From Promethearchaeota archaeon (lineage in GTDB: Archaea; Asgardarchaeota; Lokiarchaeia; Sigyniarchaeales; Promethearchaeaceae): DNA of 32,000 nucleotides. This document shows, piece after piece, positions 1 to 8,417 of the stretch (position 1 is the stretch's first letter; every line of letters begins with the position of its first letter). Both the position numbers and the translations under genes were made by a program. The DNA is taken from positions 90,001 through 122,000 of the forward strand of contig JAFGBS010000027.1 in NCBI GenBank assembly GCA_016933055.1. Direction: 5' to 3'. The notes below the pieces were generated by a model. It worked only from the letters and a program-made list of their open reading frames with translations. It searched no databases and was not told the origin of the DNA.

Positions 1-339
1 TATTTCGATGTTAGTATGGAACCAAATTCCGAATTTAAATTCGAAATTCCACTAGAAAATACCGCAATCGTGTATATATTTGAGGGCAAGGCACAATTTG
101 GAGAAGAATATAAGAAGGTAGAATCAGGGAATCTAGTTGAGTTGATTACGGGAGATTTTGTACAGATTAAAACTGGTGATACTAAAGCTCGAATGTTGTT
201 CATCAGTGGGAAACCTATTAAAGAAACAATAGCCTGGTATGGTCCTATAGTAATGAATACACAAGAAGAACTAGAAGCGGCTTTCAAAGAATTTAGAAAT
301 GGAACATTCGTCAAGAAAAAAGGTAAACAGGTTCTTTAA
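1..339 (+). CDS. Pirin family protein, C-terminal cupin domain (5'-truncated by the window edge)
   Basis: The frame is open from base 1 (YFDVSMEPNSEF...). It carries pirin C-terminal hallmarks: 'YIFEG', 'LFISGKPIKETIAWYGPIVMNTQEELEAAFKEFRNG'. Confidence 0.85.
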   Translation, partial: YFDVSMEPNSEFKFEIPLENTAIVYIFEGKAQFGEEYKKVESGNLVELITGDFVQIKTGDTKARMLFISGKPIKETIAWYGPIVMNTQEELEAAFKEFRNGTFVKKKGKQVL

Positions 340-378
340 ACCAAACAAGATGACTATGAAATTATTCAAAAAAACCCG

Positions 379-636
379 TCATAAATCAAAATCTCGACCT
401 TTTCCCTTCCTACTATCTCCAACAGAGAAAAATATCCAATCATCCAGAAACCAGAAAAAAAACTCTCGCAAATAAGCAAAATTGATAAAAATTGCACCAA
501 ATATTAGTTGGATAGGAGTAAATAAGGACATATCGGTTGGAGTTCTGATATTTACATTCAATTAAACCACAAGCGATGTATTCATACTTAAACCTTACAT
601 TCCCCGTATGAAATCGAGTGAAATAAAGCCTTTCAT
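379..636 (-). pseudogene. Possible degraded remnant of a DUF1624/acyltransferase-type membrane protein gene
   Basis: ATG at 636 reads MKGFISLDFIRGM*GLSMNTSLVV*, then continues in the same frame into the hydrophobic 379..561 ORF. 'SLDFIRG' resembles the N-terminal 'IDFSRG' motif of the intact gene at 23825..25075. There are two in-frame TAA stops. Confidence 0.35.
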
Positions 637-759
637 ATGATTATGATATACTCCATAACAGTCTATCAAGTTTTACTCCAATATTCTAATAGATATTTAG
701 ATAATATACACATAACCAAAAAGTCCATAAAATGCCCCTTTCTATAGTTATTTATCAGT

Positions 760-1308
760 ATGAGCTCCAATCCCGAATTTCATCTAGCGACTAAAAATCA
801 ATTACAACATATTAAAGATGGACTCAATAAAATTTCCCCCCAAATTTGGTCATGTTTAGGTGATGAATCAATCAATATTTATGTCCGATACAATAAATTT
901 GCGGAAATATATTTAGTTCCCACTCAAATGGAACGTAAATTACGCCTAATCCGAGATTTAAAGTGTATCAAGCATACGGGATTATATTTTGGATTTTTAA
1001 AGGGGATTGAATTTCTCTTAAGTCTTGAAGGTGCGGAATTTATTCTAAATACATGCAAGAAAAAGAAAAATATCCCAATAGCTGTCATTACTGTGTCCGA
1101 AGATGCTTCAAAATCATTTCTTTATGGAAATTCACTGAAACCTGAGCAATTTATTCATAGTCCCAACTCTTTAAATCGAAAAGATGTATTTTTCGTTTTT
1201 AATCCTCATAATCGATTTATCGGTATCGGATATATTTATAAACGACAAGATCAAACAGAACTGAGAAATTTAGTAGACTATGGATATTATATAAGGAGGG
1301 GATTTTGA
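760..1308 (+). CDS. NIP7-like (UPF0113) pre-PUA/PUA ribosome biogenesis protein
   Basis: Motifs 'GLYFGFL..IEFLLSLEGAEFI', 'SFLYGNSL', 'VFFVFNPHNRFIGIG' and a terminal 'DYGYYIRRGF' match the archaeal/eukaryotic NIP7 family. Confidence 0.75.
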   Translation: MSSNPEFHLATKNQLQHIKDGLNKISPQIWSCLGDESINIYVRYNKFAEIYLVPTQMERKLRLIRDLKCIKHTGLYFGFLKGIEFLLSLEGAEFILNTCKKKKNIPIAVITVSEDASKSFLYGNSLKPEQFIHSPNSLNRKDVFFVFNPHNRFIGIGYIYKRQDQTELRNLVDYGYYIRRGF

Positions 1309-2496
1309 GTGGAATTTCAATTTAAGGTGTTTGATCCTAGTATTTCAAATACCGCTGATAAAATAGCCACTCACTTTGGATATCGCCCATATATGGTTGA
1401 ACGTTATATTTCCATGTTTGGAATAGACGAAACGCGCGAGTATCTTTTAGCAAATGAGGAATTATCCCCTTTTACTATCAGAGTAAATACCCTCAAAACT
1501 GAGCCCAATTCATTAATCGCATCATTAAAGTCAAAGGGATATACCTTTTCTCAAAATAATATAATTCCAAATGCTTATTCTATTGATTTAAATGAAGAAA
1601 TGATGTCTTTAATCCCGGATGAGTCTCATAATTCAAATGAACACGTATCTTCCCCTCAAGGATATGAGCGCGATACCAAAACACTTAAGCAGTTGGATTG
1701 GGGGCGCCCCTCTTATTTAGATGATGATTATGAAGGAAATTTAGAAAAGAAGCAAAGAAAAAAAAGTTTTAATCATTTACGGGGAAAACACACTGCTACG
1801 CTTGGTTCTACACATGAATATCTGATGGGGGAATACTATATACAAGATCTTGCTTCTATGTTTCCTGCTTTTTATCTCAATCCCCAGAAAACCGATTTTG
1901 TTATTGATATGTGTGCAGCACCTGGAGGAAAAACCACATATCTTGCCCAATTAATGAGTAATCAAGGGAATATATTCGCTCTGGAGAAAGATAAGAAGCG
2001 TATAAAACCATTAATATATAATATCAGGAGATGCGGAGTTTTGAATACAACTGTGCTTAATATTGATGCAACCTCCACTCATAAAAAATCATTTAGTCCT
2101 GATAAAATCTTATTAGATGCACCTTGTACAGGAGAAGGTCTTATTCGGGATGATCCGACAAGAAAAACGAGTAAATCGATTACAGATATCACTGGAATGA
2201 TGAGAAAACAATTTTCATTACTCCAGTCTGCAATCAAGTCGATTAAACCAGGTGGTGTGATAATGTATTCTACTTGTTCCATTGCACCAGAAGAAAATGA
2301 GTTCGTTATTCAGAAAGCACTTAATTCTTTTACTGATATGGAAATACTCTCGCTCAACGATGAATGGGGATTACCGGGTTATATCAATGTATTTAATTTG
2401 GATCTCTCCGAAGAATTATTAAAAGCACGTCGCTTATTTCCCCATATCCATAATACAATAGGATTCTTTTACTGCTTATTGCGGAAAAGGAAATGA
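1309..2496 (+). CDS. RsmB/NOP2/NSUN-family RNA m5C methyltransferase (GTG start)
   Basis: 'IRVNTLK', 'YYIQDLASM', SAM-binding 'DMCAAPGGKT', motif IV 'DAPCTGEG', motif VI 'YSTCS', and C-terminal 'GFFYCLLRK'. Confidence 0.95.
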   Translation: MEFQFKVFDPSISNTADKIATHFGYRPYMVERYISMFGIDETREYLLANEELSPFTIRVNTLKTEPNSLIASLKSKGYTFSQNNIIPNAYSIDLNEEMMSLIPDESHNSNEHVSSPQGYERDTKTLKQLDWGRPSYLDDDYEGNLEKKQRKKSFNHLRGKHTATLGSTHEYLMGEYYIQDLASMFPAFYLNPQKTDFVIDMCAAPGGKTTYLAQLMSNQGNIFALEKDKKRIKPLIYNIRRCGVLNTTVLNIDATSTHKKSFSPDKILLDAPCTGEGLIRDDPTRKTSKSITDITGMMRKQFSLLQSAIKSIKPGGVIMYSTCSIAPEENEFVIQKALNSFTDMEILSLNDEWGLPGYINVFNLDLSEELLKARRLFPHIHNTIGFFYCLLRKRK

Positions 2497-2500
2497 TAAC

Positions 2501-3130
2501 ATGTTAGAAGTTGAAGTTAAATTCAAATTACAGAATAAAGAAGTATTCGAGGAGAATTTGAAACAGTTAGGTGCAAATTATGTCGTGGACATCATACACA
2601 AGGATACCTATTATAATCTTCCCAAGGGAATGCGAAATTTCGCAAAAACCGATGAAGCATTGCGTTTACGCCGAATTGAAGAATATGATGTGCGGGAAAC
2701 GGAAACCGTAGCCCATAAAATTTCATCAGATCTTACATATAAGGGTCCTAAAATTGATACGGAAACAAAAACCCGAAAAGAACTGATAACAACAGTCGGG
2801 AATCCCGACGAATTAGATAGTATTATTAAATCCTTAGGTTTTCGAACTGTCCTTACTCTTGCTAAATATCGCCGATTGTATACATTAGATGTGGAAGGGC
2901 ATCATATCGAAATGCTTATTGATAAGATCGAACATTTAGATGGATATTACGCCGAATGTGAAATAATGGCTTCTTCGGATAAAGAAATGGAAGAAAGTAA
3001 GGTAATCATATTTGACATCCTCGAAAAACTTGGATATTATAAAACAGACTCAATTCTTGCTTCTTACTTAGAGTTAGTAATCAAAAAACTCATTGAAAAT
3101 GGCGAAATTTCAGAAGAAGAGTTCGCCTAG
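2501..3130 (+). CDS. cyaB: CYTH-domain protein (class IV adenylate cyclase CyaB-like / triphosphate tunnel metalloenzyme)
   Basis: N-terminal ExExK ('EVEVKF'), 'DTYY', 'ALRLRR', 'LTYKGPK', 'KYRRLY', 'YAECE', 'SYLEL'. Confidence 0.85.
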   Translation: MLEVEVKFKLQNKEVFEENLKQLGANYVVDIIHKDTYYNLPKGMRNFAKTDEALRLRRIEEYDVRETETVAHKISSDLTYKGPKIDTETKTRKELITTVGNPDELDSIIKSLGFRTVLTLAKYRRLYTLDVEGHHIEMLIDKIEHLDGYYAECEIMASSDKEMEESKVIIFDILEKLGYYKTDSILASYLELVIKKLIENGEISEEEFA

Positions 3131-3372
3131 AAAAAATTAGTTTGATCAAAATTCTCTTCACTTTCTATCATTTCTTGCCAAAGAGAAATTGATTTTAATG
3201 CTTCTTCTTCATTTACCATCTCAATTGCATATCCTGCATGTACAACCACATAAGATCCTATTTCTATATTGGGACACAAGCCAATTACAACATCTCTTTG
3301 AACTCCATTGAAATCGACTATTGCAGTGGGACCATTGATTTCCATTACTTTACCAGGAATTGCAAGACACAT
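3127..3372 (-). CDS. hypC: [NiFe]-hydrogenase maturation chaperone HypC/HupF
   Basis: The true start at 3372 gives MCLAIPGKV...VDFNGVQRDV...GSYVVVHAGYAI, the canonical HypC signature with Cys2. The ORF-track start at 3465 is an upstream extension. Confidence 0.95.
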   Translation of the reverse strand: MCLAIPGKVMEINGPTAIVDFNGVQRDVVIGLCPNIEIGSYVVVHAGYAIEMVNEEEALKSISLWQEMIESEENFDQTNFF

Positions 3373-3439
3373 CTTATATGAAAGATTTAATACCCACAAA
3401 AAAATCTTCTTATTTATAATTAGAGAAATGTGTACAAAC

Positions 3440-4156
3440 ATGAACTTTTTACTTCTGACAGACATAGAGGGATATACACCCGAGATTCATGAAAAATACT
3501 TTCAAGATTTAGTGTTTGTCGTTATCGCTGGGGATATTGCGATTGGGGCAAAAAACCTAAGTCGGAATGCAAAATTTTACCAGAGGATTCGAGTCCAAAT
3601 TCCAGTTCACATTCCCGTATATTATATCCCCGGGAATCGAGAATACGAAAATGTTGCAAGTGAATTCGAGGGAATTCCGGAAAATTTCATTCCAATTCAT
3701 AATCGCTATGTAACTCATAATTTATCAAAAGGATCCAAAGTGCATTTAATTGGTTATGGAGGCGCTCTTCCCGGATTTTTTAACAATTTTGTTAAAACTG
3801 AAGAAGAATTTGAGCAGGCATTAGATATTCTCTTTCAAGAACTCAAAACAACACAACTTGATCAAGATATTGTGGTTTTAGTAGTTCATAATCCTCCTTT
3901 TAGTAATTCGCTGGACGTTACATTTAGAGGAGAACATATCGGTAGCTACTCAATACGGAATATCATTGAGAAATATAAACCAGATTACTGTGTTTGTGGT
4001 CATGTACATGAAAGTCAGAGTATAGAAGAAATAGGAACAACAAAATGCGTCAATCCAGGAGCTAGTAAAAATGGAAATGCAGCTATTTTGAGTTTAGATT
4101 CAGATTTTTCAATTGAATTAATTACAATCAATGCCCATAGGTTGAAATCCAAATGA
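3440..4156 (+). CDS. Calcineurin-like metallophosphoesterase (Icc-related)
   Basis: Motifs 'LTDIEG', 'AGDI', 'PGNRE', 'VHNPP', 'CGHVHE', 'VNPG'. Start placed at ATG 3440 (MNFLLLTD) because the longer ORF would overlap hypC. Confidence 0.85.
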   Translation: MNFLLLTDIEGYTPEIHEKYFQDLVFVVIAGDIAIGAKNLSRNAKFYQRIRVQIPVHIPVYYIPGNREYENVASEFEGIPENFIPIHNRYVTHNLSKGSKVHLIGYGGALPGFFNNFVKTEEEFEQALDILFQELKTTQLDQDIVVLVVHNPPFSNSLDVTFRGEHIGSYSIRNIIEKYKPDYCVCGHVHESQSIEEIGTTKCVNPGASKNGNAAILSLDSDFSIELITINAHRLKSK

Positions 4157-4833
4157 AAGACCGAAATTCATTGAAAGAATTACTTGACAACATTTTGGAT
4201 TCTCAGAATAATCTTCAAAGTTATCAAATAGTTCTCTTGAAGAAAGCTGGAGAATTTTCGATTGAGAAAATGAATCCATCCGATGTTCACGGATTTCGAC
4301 ATGTTTTACGAGTAATGCACTTATGTTTAAAAATTCAAAAAGAAGAAGGAAGTAATATATTTATTCTCCTCTTATCGACATTATTGCATGATATTGGGAG
4401 AGATTATGCAAAACAGAATCAAAATCATGCAGAATTATCCGTGGAATTGGCACAAACGTTCTTTTCAGAATGCATTAATGTACTCTCTCAACGTGATATA
4501 AACCATATAGTGGAATGTATGCGTGCACACAGTTTCTCAACTGGAGTGAAGGCTAAATCATTAGAGGCAAAAATTCTCTCCGATGCTGATAAAATTGATG
4601 CTCTCGGAGCTGTTGGCATATATCGGGCTGCATGTTTTCAACATGAGAACGGAACTGGTTTGTTTGCAATGCACCAACATTTTTATGATAAACTTTTAGA
4701 TCTTCCGTCAAAAATGTATACACAAACCGGTCAAAAACTTGCTAATGAACGGATAGATTTGATGAACACTTATATTAGTTCTTTAACTAACGAAATAGGA
4801 ATTTCCTTACAAAATACGGATGATTTACGATGA
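4153..4833 (+). CDS. HD-domain metal-dependent phosphohydrolase
   Basis: 'HGFRHVLRV', 'LLHDIGR', 'HAELS', 'AHSF', 'DADKIDALGAVGIYR'. ATGA overlap with the upstream gene. Confidence 0.9.
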   Translation: MKDRNSLKELLDNILDSQNNLQSYQIVLLKKAGEFSIEKMNPSDVHGFRHVLRVMHLCLKIQKEEGSNIFILLLSTLLHDIGRDYAKQNQNHAELSVELAQTFFSECINVLSQRDINHIVECMRAHSFSTGVKAKSLEAKILSDADKIDALGAVGIYRAACFQHENGTGLFAMHQHFYDKLLDLPSKMYTQTGQKLANERIDLMNTYISSLTNEIGISLQNTDDLR

Positions 4834-6629
4834 GGTCAGAAAAACCGAATATATTATTAATTACCACTGATCAACAGCACTATAGCACTCTTGGAAAATT
4901 TAATTCTGCGATAAAAACCCCGCATCTAGACGCTCTGGCGGATGAGGGAATCATCTTTACAAATGCTTATTGCTGTGACCAAACATGTACACCATCAAGA
5001 GCTTCCATTTTAACAGGTAAATATCCTTCCGAGCATGGTGCATGGTCGTTAGGGACGCGATTAAACACCGAGGATAATATTCTTTTAACGGACTGCTTAA
5101 AACAAGCGGGATACAGAACAGTCCTTATTGGAAAATCCCATTTTGAGCCACTTCGTAAAACCGATAAATATCCTTCAATTGAAACCACCCAAAATCTTAG
5201 TAATCTTGATTTTTGGCGTGATTTTCACGGTCCTTATTACGGTTTTGAGTACGTAGAGATGACTAGAGGTCACGGAAATACTTCCGAAGTTGGAGAGCAT
5301 TATGCTGTATGGTTGGAGGAACGTTTATCCCATTGGCGAGATTATTTTTTAAGACCTACTGGTAATTTGCCTCATCCCCCATTGTTCGTTGGTGAAATTC
5401 TTCCACAAAAATGGAATTTACCTGAAAAATATCACCATTCCCGTTGGATAGAAGAACGTTCAATTGCTATGCTTAACCAATTCAAAGAAAATGATGAAAA
5501 CAACCCTTTCTTCATGTGGATCAGTTTCGCGGATCCTCATTATCCCCATGTGTGCCCTGAGCCCTGGTCTAATTTGCATGATCCGAATACTATTTCCGTT
5601 CCCAAGAAGAAACTAGGGGAACATCGAAATTCCAATCCCATCTTAAAGGTTACCCAGAAATCTTTTGCAAAATTTATTCTAAAAATTACCACACGACTTC
5701 AATCGTTCATATGGAAAATAAAATTGAAAATTAACAAGAAAACTAGTAAAAAGGGGGAGGCAGTGGATTTTTCAAATTTCGAAGGAATCTTTCGAAAACT
5801 CAAAGGGTTTCGCAAAATCTCTTCCTTTATTGATTATTACTCAGATTTTGTGGATAATGAGCAAAAACCATTCTTTATACATGGATTACATCCACATGTG
5901 CAATTTAGGAATCAAAAAGCTAAATCCTTAGCTATGATGTACGGTAAAATATCCTTAATTGACAATTGCATTGGTAACATAATGGCTACGTTAGTAGAGA
6001 ATGAACAAAGTAATGACACTATTATAATCTTCACTACCGATCATGGCGATCAAATTGGAGAGCATGGATTATATTACAAAGGACCTTTTCCGTATCAAGC
6101 GGGTATGAAAGTTCCTTTTATTGTAAGGATCCCTGGAACTAGAAAACCATCTGAACATTCTCATGCATACATTTCTCTTGCGGATATTGCGCCTAGTATA
6201 TTAAAATTAGTTGGACTTGAAATTCCCGAACAAATGACCGGTATAGACCAAAGTGAAGTATTTACAGGAAATCAAAAATCAGTTCGAGATCATATTATAT
6301 GCGAATTTAGGGAAACTCCCATTAAAATTTTCATGGCTACTTTTATTATGGATCACTTCAAGATTGTATTTTATTATAAGAGGAATTTTGGAGAACTGTT
6401 TGATTTAAAAAAGGATCCAGAAGAATATCATAATCTGTGGGATGATCACCGATATAAAAAATTAAAAAAACGATTAATGCTGGATTATGTCTACAAACGG
6501 GTAAAATCCGAGCAATTAGAAGATTATAAGAAAATTTGGAAAGATTTTACTATTGATCAATTATATCCCGTGGTTTGGGAATATATGCTGGGAAAACCGG
6601 ACATAATGCCTCGAATTGCAGATGCTTAG
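4830..6629 (+). CDS. Sulfatase (formylglycine-dependent, Cys-type), arylsulfatase A-like
   Basis: 'KPNILLITTDQQ', signature C-x-P-x-R ('CTPSRASILTG'), 'GKSHF', 'DPHYPH', 'TTDHGD', 'ELFDLKKDPEE'. Confidence 0.9.
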   Translation: MRSEKPNILLITTDQQHYSTLGKFNSAIKTPHLDALADEGIIFTNAYCCDQTCTPSRASILTGKYPSEHGAWSLGTRLNTEDNILLTDCLKQAGYRTVLIGKSHFEPLRKTDKYPSIETTQNLSNLDFWRDFHGPYYGFEYVEMTRGHGNTSEVGEHYAVWLEERLSHWRDYFLRPTGNLPHPPLFVGEILPQKWNLPEKYHHSRWIEERSIAMLNQFKENDENNPFFMWISFADPHYPHVCPEPWSNLHDPNTISVPKKKLGEHRNSNPILKVTQKSFAKFILKITTRLQSFIWKIKLKINKKTSKKGEAVDFSNFEGIFRKLKGFRKISSFIDYYSDFVDNEQKPFFIHGLHPHVQFRNQKAKSLAMMYGKISLIDNCIGNIMATLVENEQSNDTIIIFTTDHGDQIGEHGLYYKGPFPYQAGMKVPFIVRIPGTRKPSEHSHAYISLADIAPSILKLVGLEIPEQMTGIDQSEVFTGNQKSVRDHIICEFRETPIKIFMATFIMDHFKIVFYYKRNFGELFDLKKDPEEYHNLWDDHRYKKLKKRLMLDYVYKRVKSEQLEDYKKIWKDFTIDQLYPVVWEYMLGKPDIMPRIADA

Positions 6630-6650
6630 AAAGTTAAATAGGGATCAAAG

Positions 6651-7358
6651 ATGCACATTCGCACTTTTTTACGGAAGATCATACCATGGTGGGCTCGATA
6701 TTATCATCGGTTAAAAATTAAGGGAATTGAAAACCTGCCAACAAAAGGGAGTGCAATTATTACCCCAAATCACAGTGGAAGTTTTGATTATGATAATTTT
6801 GTGACTATGTCCGCATTAGAGCAATTTACAACTCAAGACCTCACTCGAAAGCGAATTTGGTTGTGCTATCATGATAAGTGGGTATATTTTTCAGGTTGGG
6901 GTGATTTGGTTCAATTATTTAGTCCAATTCCGATAAATTTGGATGGTAAGGGAATTCCCTGGAGATTAACAGATTTCATTGTCAAGAAGGGAGAATTGAT
7001 AGCAATTATGCCAGAGGGGCATAGTGCTTGCATTTGGGAAGGTTATAAGCTATGGAAATTCTATCCTGGAGTAATTCGATTACATTTAAGGTACAAAATT
7101 CCGATTATTCCGACAGCCATGATAGGATTTGTATATGCCGCTCCAATCACATCTTCGTTATACATACCCCAGAAGATGCCCCCATGGACAAAAGAAGTTA
7201 TGATACCTCCAGTTTTACCGATTAGACTAAAAATTGTCTATGGAAAACAGATTGAATTCGCCGAGTATTACGAGAAGGAGGTTTCAAAGCAGAAAATGTA
7301 TGAATTGGCTGGGCAAGTCAGGAAAGAAGTGAAGAAATTGATTCAGAATAATCTGTAA
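6651..7358 (+). CDS. Lysophospholipid acyltransferase (LPLAT; PlsC/MGAT-like) family protein
   Basis: 'YHRLKIKGIENLP', motif I 'PNHSGSFD', motif III 'IMPEG', and 'IPIIPTAMIG'. Confidence 0.85.
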   Translation: MHIRTFLRKIIPWWARYYHRLKIKGIENLPTKGSAIITPNHSGSFDYDNFVTMSALEQFTTQDLTRKRIWLCYHDKWVYFSGWGDLVQLFSPIPINLDGKGIPWRLTDFIVKKGELIAIMPEGHSACIWEGYKLWKFYPGVIRLHLRYKIPIIPTAMIGFVYAAPITSSLYIPQKMPPWTKEVMIPPVLPIRLKIVYGKQIEFAEYYEKEVSKQKMYELAGQVRKEVKKLIQNNL

Positions 7359-7364
7359 AAATAC

Positions 7365-7760
7365 TTAAATTTCTTCTCTTGGATCTTCTTTCACATGAAA
7401 GATGGGTTCAAATTCGTTACGTAGCAAATTAGAGATCTTTTTCTTATTCAAGACTCCTACAAATTCTTGAAATGGTGTGGTTCGTAACTCCGTATTAATA
7501 TGCTGGAATAATGTTTCCCAAGTAAAGGCATCGAATTCAACCTCTTTTGGAGCATATTCTCGACCATCATTACGACGAAAATGACACAAATAGATTCCCC
7601 GCTCAAAATTATATTCAACTAGAATTTCGATACCTTTGAATTCGACTGTTTTCCACAAGGCCATACTATTGTAATAAACCTCGGAATCAGCATTTAATTG
7701 ATCGAAATTACGTCGAAAATCTGCAAAACTATATCTTACTGAAGAACTTGGACTATGCAT
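7365..7760 (-). CDS. Hypothetical protein (131 aa)
   Basis: ATG-initiated ORF filling the gap between genes, with protein-like composition and no recognised motif. Confidence 0.6.
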   Translation of the reverse strand: MHSPSSSVRYSFADFRRNFDQLNADSEVYYNSMALWKTVEFKGIEILVEYNFERGIYLCHFRRNDGREYAPKEVEFDAFTWETLFQHINTELRTTPFQEFVGVLNKKKISNLLRNEFEPIFHVKEDPREEI

Positions 7761-7985
7761 GAAATTTGTAACCTCTACTCCTATAAAATTATCATATTCG
7801 GTGTGTTTGTTTTTATGAGTTCCCAGTAACCTCTAATCACTATAGTTTTTCTTACTCTTTTAAATAATCTCCTAATCATGACTTATTAAAACACATATTT
7901 CAGTTCACATTTTTTTCCCCTTTTTTAGCATAAACGTGTTTTTTAAAATCCTAGGGTGATTTATCACATAATGCCTAGAACAAAA

Positions 7986-8360
7986 ATGCACAATCATAAA
8001 ATCATCCATTTTGAAATACCTTCAAAAGATCCGAATAGAGCAATGAATTTTTATTCAAATATCTTAGGTTGGTCATTTCAAGCTTGGGAGGGACCGATGG
8101 ATTATTGGTTTACGAAAGCTGGACCAAAAAATGCGCCAGGAATCGAAGGTGCTATCACAAAGAAAGAATCCGAAGACGATATTGTAATTAATACAATCGG
8201 TGTCTCAGATATTGACAATGTAATTATAAAAATTAAGAAGCATGGTGGCACAATTATCAATCCGAAACATGCCGTCCCGGGAGTGGGTTATTTGGCATAT
8301 TTCAAAGATTTAGATAATAATTTGTTCGGTTTAATGCAAGAAGATCCGAATGCGAAGTAA
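7986..8360 (+). CDS. VOC (glyoxalase/bleomycin-resistance) family protein
   Basis: 'IIHFEIP..DPNRAMNFYSNILGW', 'VSDIDNVI..IKKHGG', 'VPGVGYLAYFKDLDNNLFGLMQ'. Start placed at ATG 7986. Confidence 0.9.
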   Translation: MHNHKIIHFEIPSKDPNRAMNFYSNILGWSFQAWEGPMDYWFTKAGPKNAPGIEGAITKKESEDDIVINTIGVSDIDNVIIKIKKHGGTIINPKHAVPGVGYLAYFKDLDNNLFGLMQEDPNAK

Positions 8361-8417
8361 CTAGTTGATAATATAATCAACCAAAAAGACTAAAATATCT
8401 TCCAACAACTTATTTGC

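Noticed and set aside
1306-1308. Selenocysteine decoding of the NIP7 UGA
   Set aside because: The UGA falls at the normal family C-terminus, not at a Cys-equivalent position, and I could not identify a SECIS-like element. It is kept only as a generic readthrough hypothesis.
1585-1800. Intein in the methyltransferase insertion
   Set aside because: Too short, and it lacks the N-terminal Cys/Ser and C-terminal His-Asn/+1 nucleophile motifs.
3308-3465. Upstream-extended starts in the ORF track (3308, 3465, 7956, 13808, 17431, 20838, 28016)
   Set aside because: The extensions overlap neighbouring genes or AT-rich promoter DNA and precede the family N-terminus. Downstream ATGs were used instead.
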